From an uncultured Gammaproteobacteria bacterium (GTDB lineage: Bacteria; Patescibacteriota; Patescibacteriia; UBA9934; CAZDDW01), in contig CAYZPO010000002.1 in NCBI GenBank assembly GCA_964480695.1, positions 1-37,388 of the forward strand: a stretch of 37,388 bases of DNA, written 5' to 3'. The position numbers and the translations under genes are program-made. Below the pieces are notes generated by a model, which was given only the letters and a program-made list of their open reading frames with translations, was not told the origin of the DNA and did no database searches. This document shows positions 23,033-31,836 of this stretch, piece by piece (the first letter of the stretch is position 1; the number at the start of each line of letters is the position of its first letter).

Positions 23033-23515
23033 ATGGCAAAGAAAAATGCATCAAGTTATCTTTTTCTCCTAGCAGTGGTTGTTGTAGTTATCCTGTCTGG
23101 CTACGCTATTTTTACGCGCGAGAATACAGCTACTCCTGATCCAGTCGATAATGTTGTTGTAACCACTGCGAGCGAGATTGATGCGGATAAATTGGCTCAG
23201 GCCCTGACTGATCAAGGGGTTAAGTTTTACTACGCTTGGTGGTGTCCGCACTGCGAAGATCAAATCGCTCTATTTGGTAACGCTTTTGAAACTTTGGATT
23301 CCACAGATTGTGCTGAAGGAGTTGGCTCAGGTCAATTTAATCAATTCTGCACTGACCTTGGGGTTACTACCGTACCAGCCTGGGTTTGGCCTGATGGAAC
23401 TGTTTTGACCGGTGCTCGACCGTTTGAAAATTTGGCCGAGCAAGCAGGGTTAGTTCTGACTGAGATTCAGATCGAAACTGATGGTCCAACAGTTGAAGTG
23501 ATTGAAACTGAATAA
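23033..23515 (+). CDS. Membrane-anchored thioredoxin-like protein, partner of VKOR
   Basis: N-terminal TM helix. KFYYAWWCPHCEDQIALFG...TTVPAWVWPDGT closely parallels the Trx-like domain fused to cyanobacterial VKOR (YGAYWCPHCQDQKELFG...YPTWII). Confidence 0.85.
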   Translation: MAKKNASSYLFLLAVVVVVILSGYAIFTRENTATPDPVDNVVVTTASEIDADKLAQALTDQGVKFYYAWWCPHCEDQIALFGNAFETLDSTDCAEGVGSGQFNQFCTDLGVTTVPAWVWPDGTVLTGARPFENLAEQAGLVLTEIQIETDGPTVEVIETE

Positions 23516-23517
23516 AT

Positions 23518-23967
23518 ATGCGCAAAGGTTTGGCAATAGCAATTATGATCCTGGCTCTGATCGGAGTCGGGATTTCTGTTTATTTGTTCTCAATGCACGG
23601 AACCGACATGAGCGACAAGGCCTGTGAGGTTAACGCAACGTTTAGCTGTCAGACCGTTGATCAGAGCGAGTACTCAGAAATTTTTGGAATCCCTGTGTCA
23701 TTACTAGGAATTATTGGTTACGGACTATTAGCTCTGGGAGCTTTGATGAAAGCACTGGACAAGGCCGGAGATCGAGGACTAGACTGGTTCTTGCTCCTGA
23801 CCAGTGTTGGTGGCATGGCCTTTGCCTTGTATCTGACAGCGATTGAAGCTTTTGTTTTGCACGCTTGGTGTCTGTATTGTGTTGCCCAACAGATCGACAT
23901 CCTGCTAATTTTGATCTTAGTTCTAATTTTGTTCTTCAAACAACCACGTGCTATAATTGAGTCATGA
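23518..23967 (+). CDS. Vitamin K epoxide reductase (VKOR) family disulfide-bond-forming membrane protein
   Basis: Four TM segments, loop cysteines CEVNATFSC followed by SEYSEIFGIPVSLLGIIGY, and active-site CLYC in the last helix. Confidence 0.85.
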   Translation: MRKGLAIAIMILALIGVGISVYLFSMHGTDMSDKACEVNATFSCQTVDQSEYSEIFGIPVSLLGIIGYGLLALGALMKALDKAGDRGLDWFLLLTSVGGMAFALYLTAIEAFVLHAWCLYCVAQQIDILLILILVLILFFKQPRAIIES

Positions 23968-25319
23968 AGTTATCTTTTCATGGCGCAGCAAGAGGAGTAA
24001 CAGGATCCTGTTTCCTGCTTGAAACCGACTCTGGTCGGTTGCTTTTTGATTGTGGGATGTTTCAGGGGCGTAAATTTGCTGAAGAGCGTAACGCTGAGAA
24101 TTTTGGTTTTGATCCAAGTCAGGTCGACGCGGTTTTTATTTCTCACGCCCACACTGATCATACTGGTCGACTTCCGAAGTTAGTTCATGATGGATTCCAC
24201 GGACCGATCTACATGACTCCACCAACACGGCCGCTGACACGTTTGATCCTTGAGGATTCGTATCACATCATGAAAGAGAACTACAAGCGCGAGAAAGAAA
24301 AGATGCTATACGATGAGGAAGACGTGGACACGGTAATGAAACTGACCAATCCTGTGAACTATCATCATGTGATCGAGCCGATTCCTGGAGTGACTGTGAT
24401 GTTTCATGATGCTGGACACATTCTTGGATCCGCTTATATCACGGTCGATGTGGAAGGGAAGCGACTCTTATTCTCAGGTGACTTGGGTAACAGCGAGACC
24501 CCAATTCTGCCAGATCCAGAAGGGATTTCTAGTTGCGACATTTTGGTCACAGAAACGACTTATGGGAACCGGATTCATGAGGCCCCTGAAGAAAGACAGA
24601 TAAAACTTAAGGAAGCGCTAGAGCGCACGATTCGACGTAAGGGTGTATTGATGATTCCGTCATTTTCTGTTGAGAGAACGCAGGAGCTATTGTTCGAACT
24701 AGACCAGATTTTACTCAAAGACATCAAGACCAACATTCCGATCTTTTTAGACAGTCCATTGTCGATCAAGGCCACGGCAGTGTATCGACACTATCAGAAT
24801 TATCTGCGCTTTAACGCTTCGATTTTGGAAGAGCCGGATCGAGATTTCTTTACTTTTCCAAATTTGCGCGAGACTTTAACTCGTGAAGAATCAATGCAGA
24901 TCAACGATGTCCCTGGACCAAAGATCGTTATTGCTGGTTCTGGAATGATGCACGGTGGTCGGATCATGCACCATCTGATTCGTTATTTACCAAGTGCGGA
25001 CAGCCATTTGTTGATTATTGGATACCAGGTCGAAGGGACGCTGGGGCGTCGATTGTTTGATGGGAAGAAGCAAGTTCGAATTTATGGTCATGATCTTTTT
25101 GTACAGGCCCATGTATCAGCCATCGGAGCGTTTTCGGCTCATGCTGATCAACAACAGCTGACTCACTGGCTTAAGAATCAGGAAGAAGGTGGTTTACCGA
25201 AAAAAATATTCCTGGTCCATGGGGACGAGGAAGTGAAACAGGAGTTTGCTGGATTTCTTAAGCACGAAGTTGACACTGAGATCATAATCCCAGAATTCGG
25301 TTCAGTCCATGAACTCTAA
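23964..25319 (+). CDS. MBL-fold beta-CASP family RNA-metabolising nuclease
   Basis: GAARGVTGSCFLLE, HAHTDHTG (HxHxDH), and C-terminal beta-CASP motifs (SGDLG..., VETTYG, AFSAHAD). ATGA overlap with the VKOR gene. Confidence 0.8.
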   Translation: MKLSFHGAARGVTGSCFLLETDSGRLLFDCGMFQGRKFAEERNAENFGFDPSQVDAVFISHAHTDHTGRLPKLVHDGFHGPIYMTPPTRPLTRLILEDSYHIMKENYKREKEKMLYDEEDVDTVMKLTNPVNYHHVIEPIPGVTVMFHDAGHILGSAYITVDVEGKRLLFSGDLGNSETPILPDPEGISSCDILVTETTYGNRIHEAPEERQIKLKEALERTIRRKGVLMIPSFSVERTQELLFELDQILLKDIKTNIPIFLDSPLSIKATAVYRHYQNYLRFNASILEEPDRDFFTFPNLRETLTREESMQINDVPGPKIVIAGSGMMHGGRIMHHLIRYLPSADSHLLIIGYQVEGTLGRRLFDGKKQVRIYGHDLFVQAHVSAIGAFSAHADQQQLTHWLKNQEEGGLPKKIFLVHGDEEVKQEFAGFLKHEVDTEIIIPEFGSVHEL

Positions 25320-25895
25320 ATAAAATTCTTCTGCAGCGCTGCCAGGGATGGCAAAGTCAAAATATTCTAAGGTGTACGGTTCGATTTCGAGTACATCGAT
25401 CGGGTTACTAGTGACCCGGTCTTTTTCGTTGACACTAAATTCGACCTCAGTGTTGTTAAACGGGATGATCGACAACGTATCACGGAAGTCATAGTAGACA
25501 AAGGAGACTTGTCCGCGTTCAAGTAGTTCGGTTCGGACCATTTTAGAGCGGACTTTGATTGTCAGGTCGCTCGCTGCTGTGCTGTCGAGATGTAGTCGAC
25601 CGCGATGTAGAAAAAGTTCAAGCTCCTCGTTGTTAGTACGAATAATTTCCAGATCCGTGTTTTCGTCCAGAGCCAATTGCACGTTGCTTACCGAAGCTTT
25701 AAGTCGCTCAGACGTTGCGGTTGAGATCGTTTCGCCACGACGTATCAGCTCGCCAGTTTCTTCGATCACGATATCTATGCTCGGTTGATAACCATCGCCT
25801 CCAGCCCAGGTAAAACCAAAGCGCTGGCCGATGAGCAAAGTCACAGCTAAAACAGTACAGACCAGAATGAGAGTTAAGAGTAAATAAAACCGCAT
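25302..25895 (-). CDS. Membrane-anchored protein, possibly FecR-like
   Basis: I prefer the ATG at 25895 (MRFYLLLTLILVCTVLAV..., 1 nt after the era stop) over the track start at 25928, which would overlap era. The beta-rich body resembles FecR-type domains only loosely. Confidence 0.5.
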   Translation of the reverse strand: MRFYLLLTLILVCTVLAVTLLIGQRFGFTWAGGDGYQPSIDIVIEETGELIRRGETISTATSERLKASVSNVQLALDENTDLEIIRTNNEELELFLHRGRLHLDSTAASDLTIKVRSKMVRTELLERGQVSFVYYDFRDTLSIIPFNNTEVEFSVNEKDRVTSNPIDVLEIEPYTLEYFDFAIPGSAAEEFYLEFMD

Positions 25896-25896
25896 A

Positions 25897-26739
25897 TTAT
25901 TCAAAACGTTCAAGCCAATGTTTGTCAACTTCGACTTGGAGGTCCAAGAATATTTTTTTGCCCATCACTGCCTCCAGTTCTTTGCGAGCTGACTGGCCAA
26001 CTTCTTTTACTCCGCGAGCACCCTTACCGATGATCATTCGTTTGTGGCGTTCGTCCAAAGTAAGAATTCGAGCTGTGATATGAATCATATCTTCACGATC
26101 CTCGATCTCGTCAACCTCAACGTGAGTCTGGTAAGGAAGTTCTTGACGCAAGCGCAGGAACAACTTTTCGCGAATTAGTTCAGCAATCCAAAAGTCGTTA
26201 GGTAAATTAGTGAGCTGACCTTCTGGGTAATACAGTTCTCCCTCGGATAGCCGTTCAAAAATTTGGTTCTTAAGTTCACCCATGTGGGTTCCATTAAGTG
26301 CTGACACTTCAAGCGTCTCATCAAACTGATCAGTTAAGTCACGATAGTGCTCGTGATATGGCCGACGTTTTTTATCAATTTTGTTTATCACTAAGATCTT
26401 CGGGATTTCAAGGTCTGCGACTAAGCGTAACGTTTGCTTTTCTTCATCACCAATCGAACGGGTCGGGTCAACAACGTAAAGAATAACATCAATATCTTTG
26501 AGTGACTCTTTGACTTTATTGATCAGTTTTTTTGTTAGCTTGTCTTTTTTTTGAAGGACTCCTGGGGTGTCAACAAAAACGATCTGACCCCGCTCTTCAG
26601 TCAGAACGCCATGAATGTTATGTCGAGTTGTTTGCGCCTTAGGAGTGGTAATAGCAATCTTGGAACCAACCAAAGCATTAAGCAAGGTTGACTTGCCAAC
26701 ATTTGATCGTCCAATTAAAACTGCAAATCCTGATTTCAT
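25897..26739 (-). CDS. era: GTPase Era
   Basis: G1 GRSNVGKST, G3 DTPG, G4 NKID, and a C-terminal KH domain (MIIGKGARGVKEVG). Confidence 0.92.
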   Translation of the reverse strand: MKSGFAVLIGRSNVGKSTLLNALVGSKIAITTPKAQTTRHNIHGVLTEERGQIVFVDTPGVLQKKDKLTKKLINKVKESLKDIDVILYVVDPTRSIGDEEKQTLRLVADLEIPKILVINKIDKKRRPYHEHYRDLTDQFDETLEVSALNGTHMGELKNQIFERLSEGELYYPEGQLTNLPNDFWIAELIREKLFLRLRQELPYQTHVEVDEIEDREDMIHITARILTLDERHKRMIIGKGARGVKEVGQSARKELEAVMGKKIFLDLQVEVDKHWLERFE

Positions 26740-27848
26740 AATTTTTCTAAAAGAGTTACTAATTCAACGTGAGGAGTGTGAGGAAACAGATCCAGGGCTT
26801 TGGCTCGAGTGACTTTGTAATGTCGCGACAGGGCCGGGAGTTCTTTGATAAAGCGTTCGTGGTTGCACGAGACATAAACAATGCGTTCTGGTAGAGCTTC
26901 TCGTAGCGTGTCCAAGACCTTATAGTTCATGCCTGCTCGCGGAGGATCCAAGATGACCACATCCGGTTTCTCTCCAGTCCAATCGAATTTTTCAGCCTCA
27001 GATACATGATACTCTACATTATCGATCTTGTTGAGTTCTGCGTTTTGTCGAGCTCCTTTGATAGCAGCTGGCTCGAGTTCAATCCCGATCGCTTTTTTAC
27101 AATCTTGAGCCAGGGCGATTGAAAAGAAACCAGCCCCGCAGTACAGATCCAGAAGCGTTTTGTCTGAGAGATCACCACAAAATTCTTGGATCGTGTCCTG
27201 TAACTTCGCGGCCATGACTGAGTTAGTTTGGAAAAACGAATTTGGATGAATGCGATAAGAAAAGCCATTAATCGTTTCCGTAATCCAGGGATCGCCTTTG
27301 ACCGGAATAATCGTTCCGGCCCGTGACACGTCAGTCGGTTGATCGTTGATTCCGATTACGATCGAGGTTGCTAGATCAGTTAGGTCAGTTTTCAGTTTGT
27401 CAGTTTTCAGTTCTCCGTTGTTCTCGCTCACTAGCACCATCACCATTCGCTCGTCCGTATTCTTTCCTTCGCGGATCACGCAGTATCGGAACACTCCCTG
27501 TTTCTTTTTCTGATCCCAAAACGGTAGGCCAGTGGTTCGGGCCCACTCACGGACGCGACGTAATACCTCGACTCCATCTTTTGAGAGCAGATAGCATTCA
27601 TCAAGATCCACAACCTGATCCCAAGAACCAACTGCTTTCAGTCCCAGCATATCAGGTTGACCAAAGGCGTAATCCATGCGATTGCGGTAATGTAGAGGTT
27701 CAGAACATGGTTCGACACGGTCGATCGGAATGACACCCTTTAGGGTGTTATTTATGGCTTCAAGTTTCTGCTTCAACTGCACCTTATATTCCAAATCAAA
27801 CCAAGGACAGCCGCCACATTTACCCCCATTTGGACAATCTAGTTTCAT
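26736..27848 (-). CDS. TrmA/RlmD-family RNA (uracil-5)-methyltransferase, no TRAM domain
   Basis: N-terminal Cys cluster CPNGGKCGGCPW, SAM motif DLYCGAGFFS, and DPPRAG plus VYVSCN catalytic motifs. Confidence 0.8.
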   Translation of the reverse strand: MKLDCPNGGKCGGCPWFDLEYKVQLKQKLEAINNTLKGVIPIDRVEPCSEPLHYRNRMDYAFGQPDMLGLKAVGSWDQVVDLDECYLLSKDGVEVLRRVREWARTTGLPFWDQKKKQGVFRYCVIREGKNTDERMVMVLVSENNGELKTDKLKTDLTDLATSIVIGINDQPTDVSRAGTIIPVKGDPWITETINGFSYRIHPNSFFQTNSVMAAKLQDTIQEFCGDLSDKTLLDLYCGAGFFSIALAQDCKKAIGIELEPAAIKGARQNAELNKIDNVEYHVSEAEKFDWTGEKPDVVILDPPRAGMNYKVLDTLREALPERIVYVSCNHERFIKELPALSRHYKVTRAKALDLFPHTPHVELVTLLEKL

Positions 27849-27877
27849 AACGGAGCTTATGGTACCATAAGAGGCGT

Positions 27878-28588
27878 ATGCTTTCCATTGTTATTATTAC
27901 CAAAAATGAGGAGGAGAATTTGCCTAAATTATTAGCCTCGATCAAGGGGCAGACGGTTCAGCCCAAGGAAATCATTGTGGCTGACGCTAAGTCCGAGGAC
28001 AAGACGCGCGAGATTGCTCGTAAACATGGGTGCAAGGTTGTCGAAGGTGGACTACCAAGTGTTGGACGCAATATGGGAGCTAAGGTAGCGACTCAGGAAT
28101 ATGTTTTGTTCTTTGACGCTGATGTGCAGTTGTTTGAAACTGATTTGTTAGATAAGAGTTTGCGTGAGATGAAGAAACGTAAACTCGATTTTGGAACATT
28201 TGATGTTAAGCCACTTGACGGAGGCATTGTTGATGAGATTCTTCATTGGTTATACAACAAGTATGTGCGTTTGATCGCACCGTTACACCAGCACGCAGCT
28301 GGTTTTTGTATTTTGGTGCGTCGGGATTTTCATGAACGGGTTGGTGGGTTTGATCAGAAGATTACTTTTTGTGAGGATCATGAGTATGCTGTGCGTGCCA
28401 ACAAAGCTGGTCGGTATGGCATCTTGTCACCAGCGGTTCACACTTCAGTTCGCCGCTTTGATCGCGATGGACGATTGAACATTGCTATCAAGTATATTAT
28501 GGCTGAGCTCCACTTTTGGTTCAAAGGCCCGATTTATGGTGATAAGTTTAATTACACCTTTGAACATGAAAAGAAGAAAAAGAAGTAA
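27878..28588 (+). CDS. Family 2 glycosyltransferase
   Basis: SIVIITKNEEENLPKLLASI, the FFDADV (DxD) motif, and the expected ~236 aa length. Confidence 0.75.
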   Translation: MLSIVIITKNEEENLPKLLASIKGQTVQPKEIIVADAKSEDKTREIARKHGCKVVEGGLPSVGRNMGAKVATQEYVLFFDADVQLFETDLLDKSLREMKKRKLDFGTFDVKPLDGGIVDEILHWLYNKYVRLIAPLHQHAAGFCILVRRDFHERVGGFDQKITFCEDHEYAVRANKAGRYGILSPAVHTSVRRFDRDGRLNIAIKYIMAELHFWFKGPIYGDKFNYTFEHEKKKKK

Positions 28589-28590
28589 CT

Positions 28591-29685
28591 ATGAGTGACC
28601 AGGATGAAAAGATAAAAGACCTATATTTAAAACAGATTTCTCTTTCTGAATGGTTTGAAGATATTGATCACCCAGAACTCGAAAAACTACGTGTTGAAGA
28701 TAATGAAAAAAGAGAACGTTTACGCAGGCTGAATGAAATTATTGGCCTGCCTTTTGATCGACCAGTTAAGTTTTCATCAGACGATGTGGTTAGTCGCTCG
28801 CCTGAGTTTGAAAAGCACCTTCAAGAACACGGTGGTGAGTTGTGCGCGATGCGATTGATCCCGATCACCCCAGGGGTACCAAAGCTCCGCATGCGTGGTT
28901 ACTCAGTTGAAAGGGTGGTTCGAGAATGGTTTCCAGAACAAAAGATCAACTCGCCAGATTATCGAGTTGAGTTTATTCCGCATTCAGCGAATAATGATTG
29001 GTCAACTATTTTCGTGATTAATCAGCATGGAACTTTTGGTGAAATTATTTCCGGCGGACACTATAATTTGACCCAGGGTCTATATAAAGAGAACCAGCCG
29101 ATAATTTTTGAAAGTGATTTTGAATCACTGACACTTTCGGAAAATAATCCAGCGGCAAAACAGCACCTCAACGAATTAATTGAAAAATTAAAAGTGTCTG
29201 ATCAACAAGTTCAGCAAAAGTTGAATCAAGAGCTCGGGGCAGAGTTTGCTAATGATTATTTGTGTGGTTATTTTGAATCCGTCCATTCCGAATATGGGAT
29301 TTGGTACGTTGATTACAATCGGATTCTCGGTCAGATGTATTCTGATTTTAAAGTTACCACTGCTTCAGGTACGGGTTTATCAGGTAGTGTCGGAGCACCA
29401 GGTGTTTTTAAAGGACGAGTGCGAATTGTGGCCGATCCGAAGGGAGTGGAGCTAACTAGCGATGAGATCCTGGTATGTGACATGACCACGCCAGATTATG
29501 TACCGTTGATGAAGCAGGCCGGAGCGATTGTAACTGACCGAGGTGGTATTCTGTGTCACGCCGCGATCATTGCTCGAGAGCTTGGCAAACCATGTTTGAT
29601 CGGGACAGGTTCAGCAACGGAAGAGCTGAATGATAGTGATCTAGTAACAGTTGACGCTGATAATGGAGAGATTAGATATGAGTAA
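28591..29685 (+). CDS. PEP-utilising-enzyme mobile (swivelling His) domain protein with an uncharacterised ~260-aa N-terminal region
   Basis: The C-terminal GAPGVFKGRVRIV...EILVCDMTTPDYVPLMKQAGAIVTDRGGILCHAAIIARELGKPCLIG matches the PEP_mobile pattern, including the phospho-His position. Confidence 0.7.
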   Translation: MSDQDEKIKDLYLKQISLSEWFEDIDHPELEKLRVEDNEKRERLRRLNEIIGLPFDRPVKFSSDDVVSRSPEFEKHLQEHGGELCAMRLIPITPGVPKLRMRGYSVERVVREWFPEQKINSPDYRVEFIPHSANNDWSTIFVINQHGTFGEIISGGHYNLTQGLYKENQPIIFESDFESLTLSENNPAAKQHLNELIEKLKVSDQQVQQKLNQELGAEFANDYLCGYFESVHSEYGIWYVDYNRILGQMYSDFKVTTASGTGLSGSVGAPGVFKGRVRIVADPKGVELTSDEILVCDMTTPDYVPLMKQAGAIVTDRGGILCHAAIIARELGKPCLIGTGSATEELNDSDLVTVDADNGEIRYE

Positions 29686-30208
29686 GATTGAAGTCGAAGT
29701 GCAAAGTTTTATTTCCCAGGAGCGGTATGAAGAGCTGGTGGCTTGGTTTCGGGATAACGCTGAATTGATTAAACAAGACTCGCAAGAGACTTATTATTTT
29801 GATAGTAAAGCTGACTTGCGAATTCAACGTTATGGTTCAGGAGCAAAGTTATGGCTTAAGAGTGGTGGACCTCACGATCAGATCCGTGAAGAAATAGAAT
29901 TTCATTTTGAACGAGATCAGTTTGGTGATCTACAGAAATTTTGTCAGGCTCTTGGACACCAGGTTGAAATCAAATGGTCCCGCGACCGGCAGCAGTTTGA
30001 TTGGGAAGGAATCAAGGTATGCCTCGACCACACTCGCGGGTATGGGTATATTATTGAGATGGAAAAGGTGTGTTCTGAGGAAGACAAGGAACAGGTGCTG
30101 GAGATGCTGCTGAATAAATTCGACGAGCTAGGTATCACAGTCACTCCACAAGAGGAGTTTGAAGAAAAATTTAAAGAATATAAAAATAACTGGCAGGAGT
30201 TGGTATGA
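29678..30208 (+). CDS. CYTH (CyaB/ThTPase-like triphosphate tunnel) domain protein
   Basis: I prefer the ATG at 29678 (8-nt overlap with the upstream gene, GGAGAG upstream). N-terminal IEVEVQ stands in for ExExK. LDHTRGYGYIIEMEKV matches the LD..G.G.F.EIE motif. Confidence 0.75.
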   Translation: MSKIEVEVQSFISQERYEELVAWFRDNAELIKQDSQETYYFDSKADLRIQRYGSGAKLWLKSGGPHDQIREEIEFHFERDQFGDLQKFCQALGHQVEIKWSRDRQQFDWEGIKVCLDHTRGYGYIIEMEKVCSEEDKEQVLEMLLNKFDELGITVTPQEEFEEKFKEYKNNWQELV

Positions 30209-30627
30209 AGCTTTGGATTGCGTATAAGATGCGGGGGACTGATTTTGATCAGGTCAAAAAAGATCTTCGAGAACTACTAAAGCTGATCGAAGCCAAGGGT
30301 CATGAAACCAGGATCATGATTCGTGATATTCAGGACTGGGATCCGGACAGCATGCCCATGGATCAACTGGTGCACCGGGCGCACGAGGAAATGGAGCAAT
30401 GTGATGCTTGTTTGTGTATTTATCCAACCGATGAGCCGAGCGAGGGACGCGGTTGGGAAGGTGGATATTTTCGTGGGTGCGGCAAACCGACGATTATGGC
30501 GATCCATAAATCAATTACCAACGGTTATAACGAGGCTCTGTACTGCAAGAACCCAGCTTGTGCTGATTGTCCGGTTACCCCTGTGATCCGTTATGAAACT
30601 TTCCAAGATATCGCTGATGCTTTTTAG
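30205..30627 (+). CDS. Small Rossmann-like protein, possibly nucleoside 2-deoxyribosyltransferase-like
   Basis: ATGA overlap with the CYTH gene, with AGGAG upstream. PSEGRGWEGGYFRGCGKP loosely resembles the D.GT.fE.Gya...gkP block of the NDT/YtoQ-like family. Confidence 0.35.
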   Translation: MKLWIAYKMRGTDFDQVKKDLRELLKLIEAKGHETRIMIRDIQDWDPDSMPMDQLVHRAHEEMEQCDACLCIYPTDEPSEGRGWEGGYFRGCGKPTIMAIHKSITNGYNEALYCKNPACADCPVTPVIRYETFQDIADAF

Positions 30628-30653
30628 ACCCAAAGATAAATTTGTGTTAAAAT
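30625..30653 (+). promoter_or_regulatory. Predicted promoter TAGACC-17-(TGt)TAAAAT; the -10 ends 9 nt before the ATG
   Basis: Hexamers at 30625-30630 and 30648-30653, with TG at 30645-30646. There is no SD before the ATG at 30663. Confidence 0.4.
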
Positions 30654-30662
30654 AAGCTTAGT

Positions 30663-31808
30663 ATGAGGTGGATTTTATCCACAATTTTCGTGCTAGTATT
30701 AGCTCCGCTGTCCGTACAAGCTGCCACAGCGGATCTTTCAATTACAGCATCAGACATCACTTTTTCTAAGGACACGCTTATTGTAGGTGACAGCATCCGA
30801 ATTTATGCACAGGTGCGCAATGTTGGTGATACGGACGTAACCGGCTATGTTTCTTTTTTCCAAAGCGATGTACCGATCGGAGATTCTCAAGTTGTTTCGG
30901 TTCGTGCTGGCGGTCATGCGGACGAGGTTTATGTTGATTTCGTAGTTCCGTCAGGTGATTTTAATGTCCTGGCACAGATTCGGGGAACAGATCCGCAGGA
31001 CACAAATTCCGCTAACGACGAAGCTTTGAGTACGATGTATCATCCAATCTATGATGATGACAATGATGGAATTGAAAATGATGAAGACAACTGTCCAAAT
31101 GTAGCTAACGCATCACAAACCGATTCTGATGGCGATGGGTCTGGGGACGCTTGTGACAACGATGATGATAATGATCAGTTAACTGATGATCAGGAAGAAG
31201 ATTTGGGAACCGACCCAACCGATTCAGATACCGATGATGACGGGACAAATGACGCTGACGATGCGTATCCAACTGACCCTGAACAACAGACGATTGTGGT
31301 TCCGGCTACAGAGCCAGAGACAACAACCGTGGTCGAGAGTGAAACTCAGGAATCGACTTCAGAAACAACTTCTGAAGCAGAAGTATCAGAAAACCAGACA
31401 ACCAGTCAACTAGACAACCTAGAAAACTCCTCTTCCGAATCCCCAACACGCCGTTCACTTCACGTTTCACCAAACGCGGCCTTTACTTATGAACAAACGA
31501 ATTGGAACACTTATCTTTTCCGTGCCCAGGTTCCAGTTGATGCTGGTTACGAAATCGAATGGGATTTCGGTGACGGAGTTACTTCGACTCGGTACGAAGT
31601 CGAGCATGTTTATCATGGTTACACAGATTACCTGGTCACCTTGCGTGTGACTGATCCAACCGCTCGTGTCTCGCATGACGCTGCCACAGTCGGAGTATCT
31701 TTCTTCAATCTACATAATCGCCTGATCCAGACTTTAATTGCCATTTTAGTGATTGTTCTGATATCGTCGATCTCAGTTTTCGTTCGCTCGCGGTCTTCTC
31801 GGGCTTAA
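30663..31808 (+). CDS. Surface protein with CARDB-like domain, thrombospondin type-3-like Ca-binding repeats, PKD domain and a C-terminal TM anchor
   Basis: Signal peptide ending VQAATA. ADLSITASDITFS...VRNVGDTDVTGYV (CARDB-like). DDDNDGIENDEDNCPNVANASQTDSDGDGSGDACDND (TSP3). WDFGDGVTS...VTLRVTD (PKD). C-terminal LIAILVIVLISSISVFVRSR. Confidence 0.75.
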   Translation: MRWILSTIFVLVLAPLSVQAATADLSITASDITFSKDTLIVGDSIRIYAQVRNVGDTDVTGYVSFFQSDVPIGDSQVVSVRAGGHADEVYVDFVVPSGDFNVLAQIRGTDPQDTNSANDEALSTMYHPIYDDDNDGIENDEDNCPNVANASQTDSDGDGSGDACDNDDDNDQLTDDQEEDLGTDPTDSDTDDDGTNDADDAYPTDPEQQTIVVPATEPETTTVVESETQESTSETTSEAEVSENQTTSQLDNLENSSSESPTRRSLHVSPNAAFTYEQTNWNTYLFRAQVPVDAGYEIEWDFGDGVTSTRYEVEHVYHGYTDYLVTLRVTDPTARVSHDAATVGVSFFNLHNRLIQTLIAILVIVLISSISVFVRSRSSRA

Positions 31809-31834
31809 AATCAGATATCAAGACCTGACCCCCT
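31803..31834 (-). repeat. Copy 2 of the 32-bp perfect inverted repeat
   Basis: gcttaaaatcagatatcaagacctgaccccct is the exact reverse complement of 15687-15718. It overlaps the TAA stop at 31806-31808 and ends 2 nt before the murJ ATG. Confidence 0.95.
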
Positions 31835-31836
31835 CC

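Noticed and set aside
15687-31834. The 32-bp inverted repeats as the ends of a composite transposon or integrative element.
   Set aside because: There is no transposase, integrase or recombinase between or next to them, and I saw no flanking target-site duplication. The enclosed genes are core housekeeping (era, ribH, RNA methyltransferase). Inversion sites or a regulatory or dispersed repeat are more plausible, so it is reported as a finding instead.
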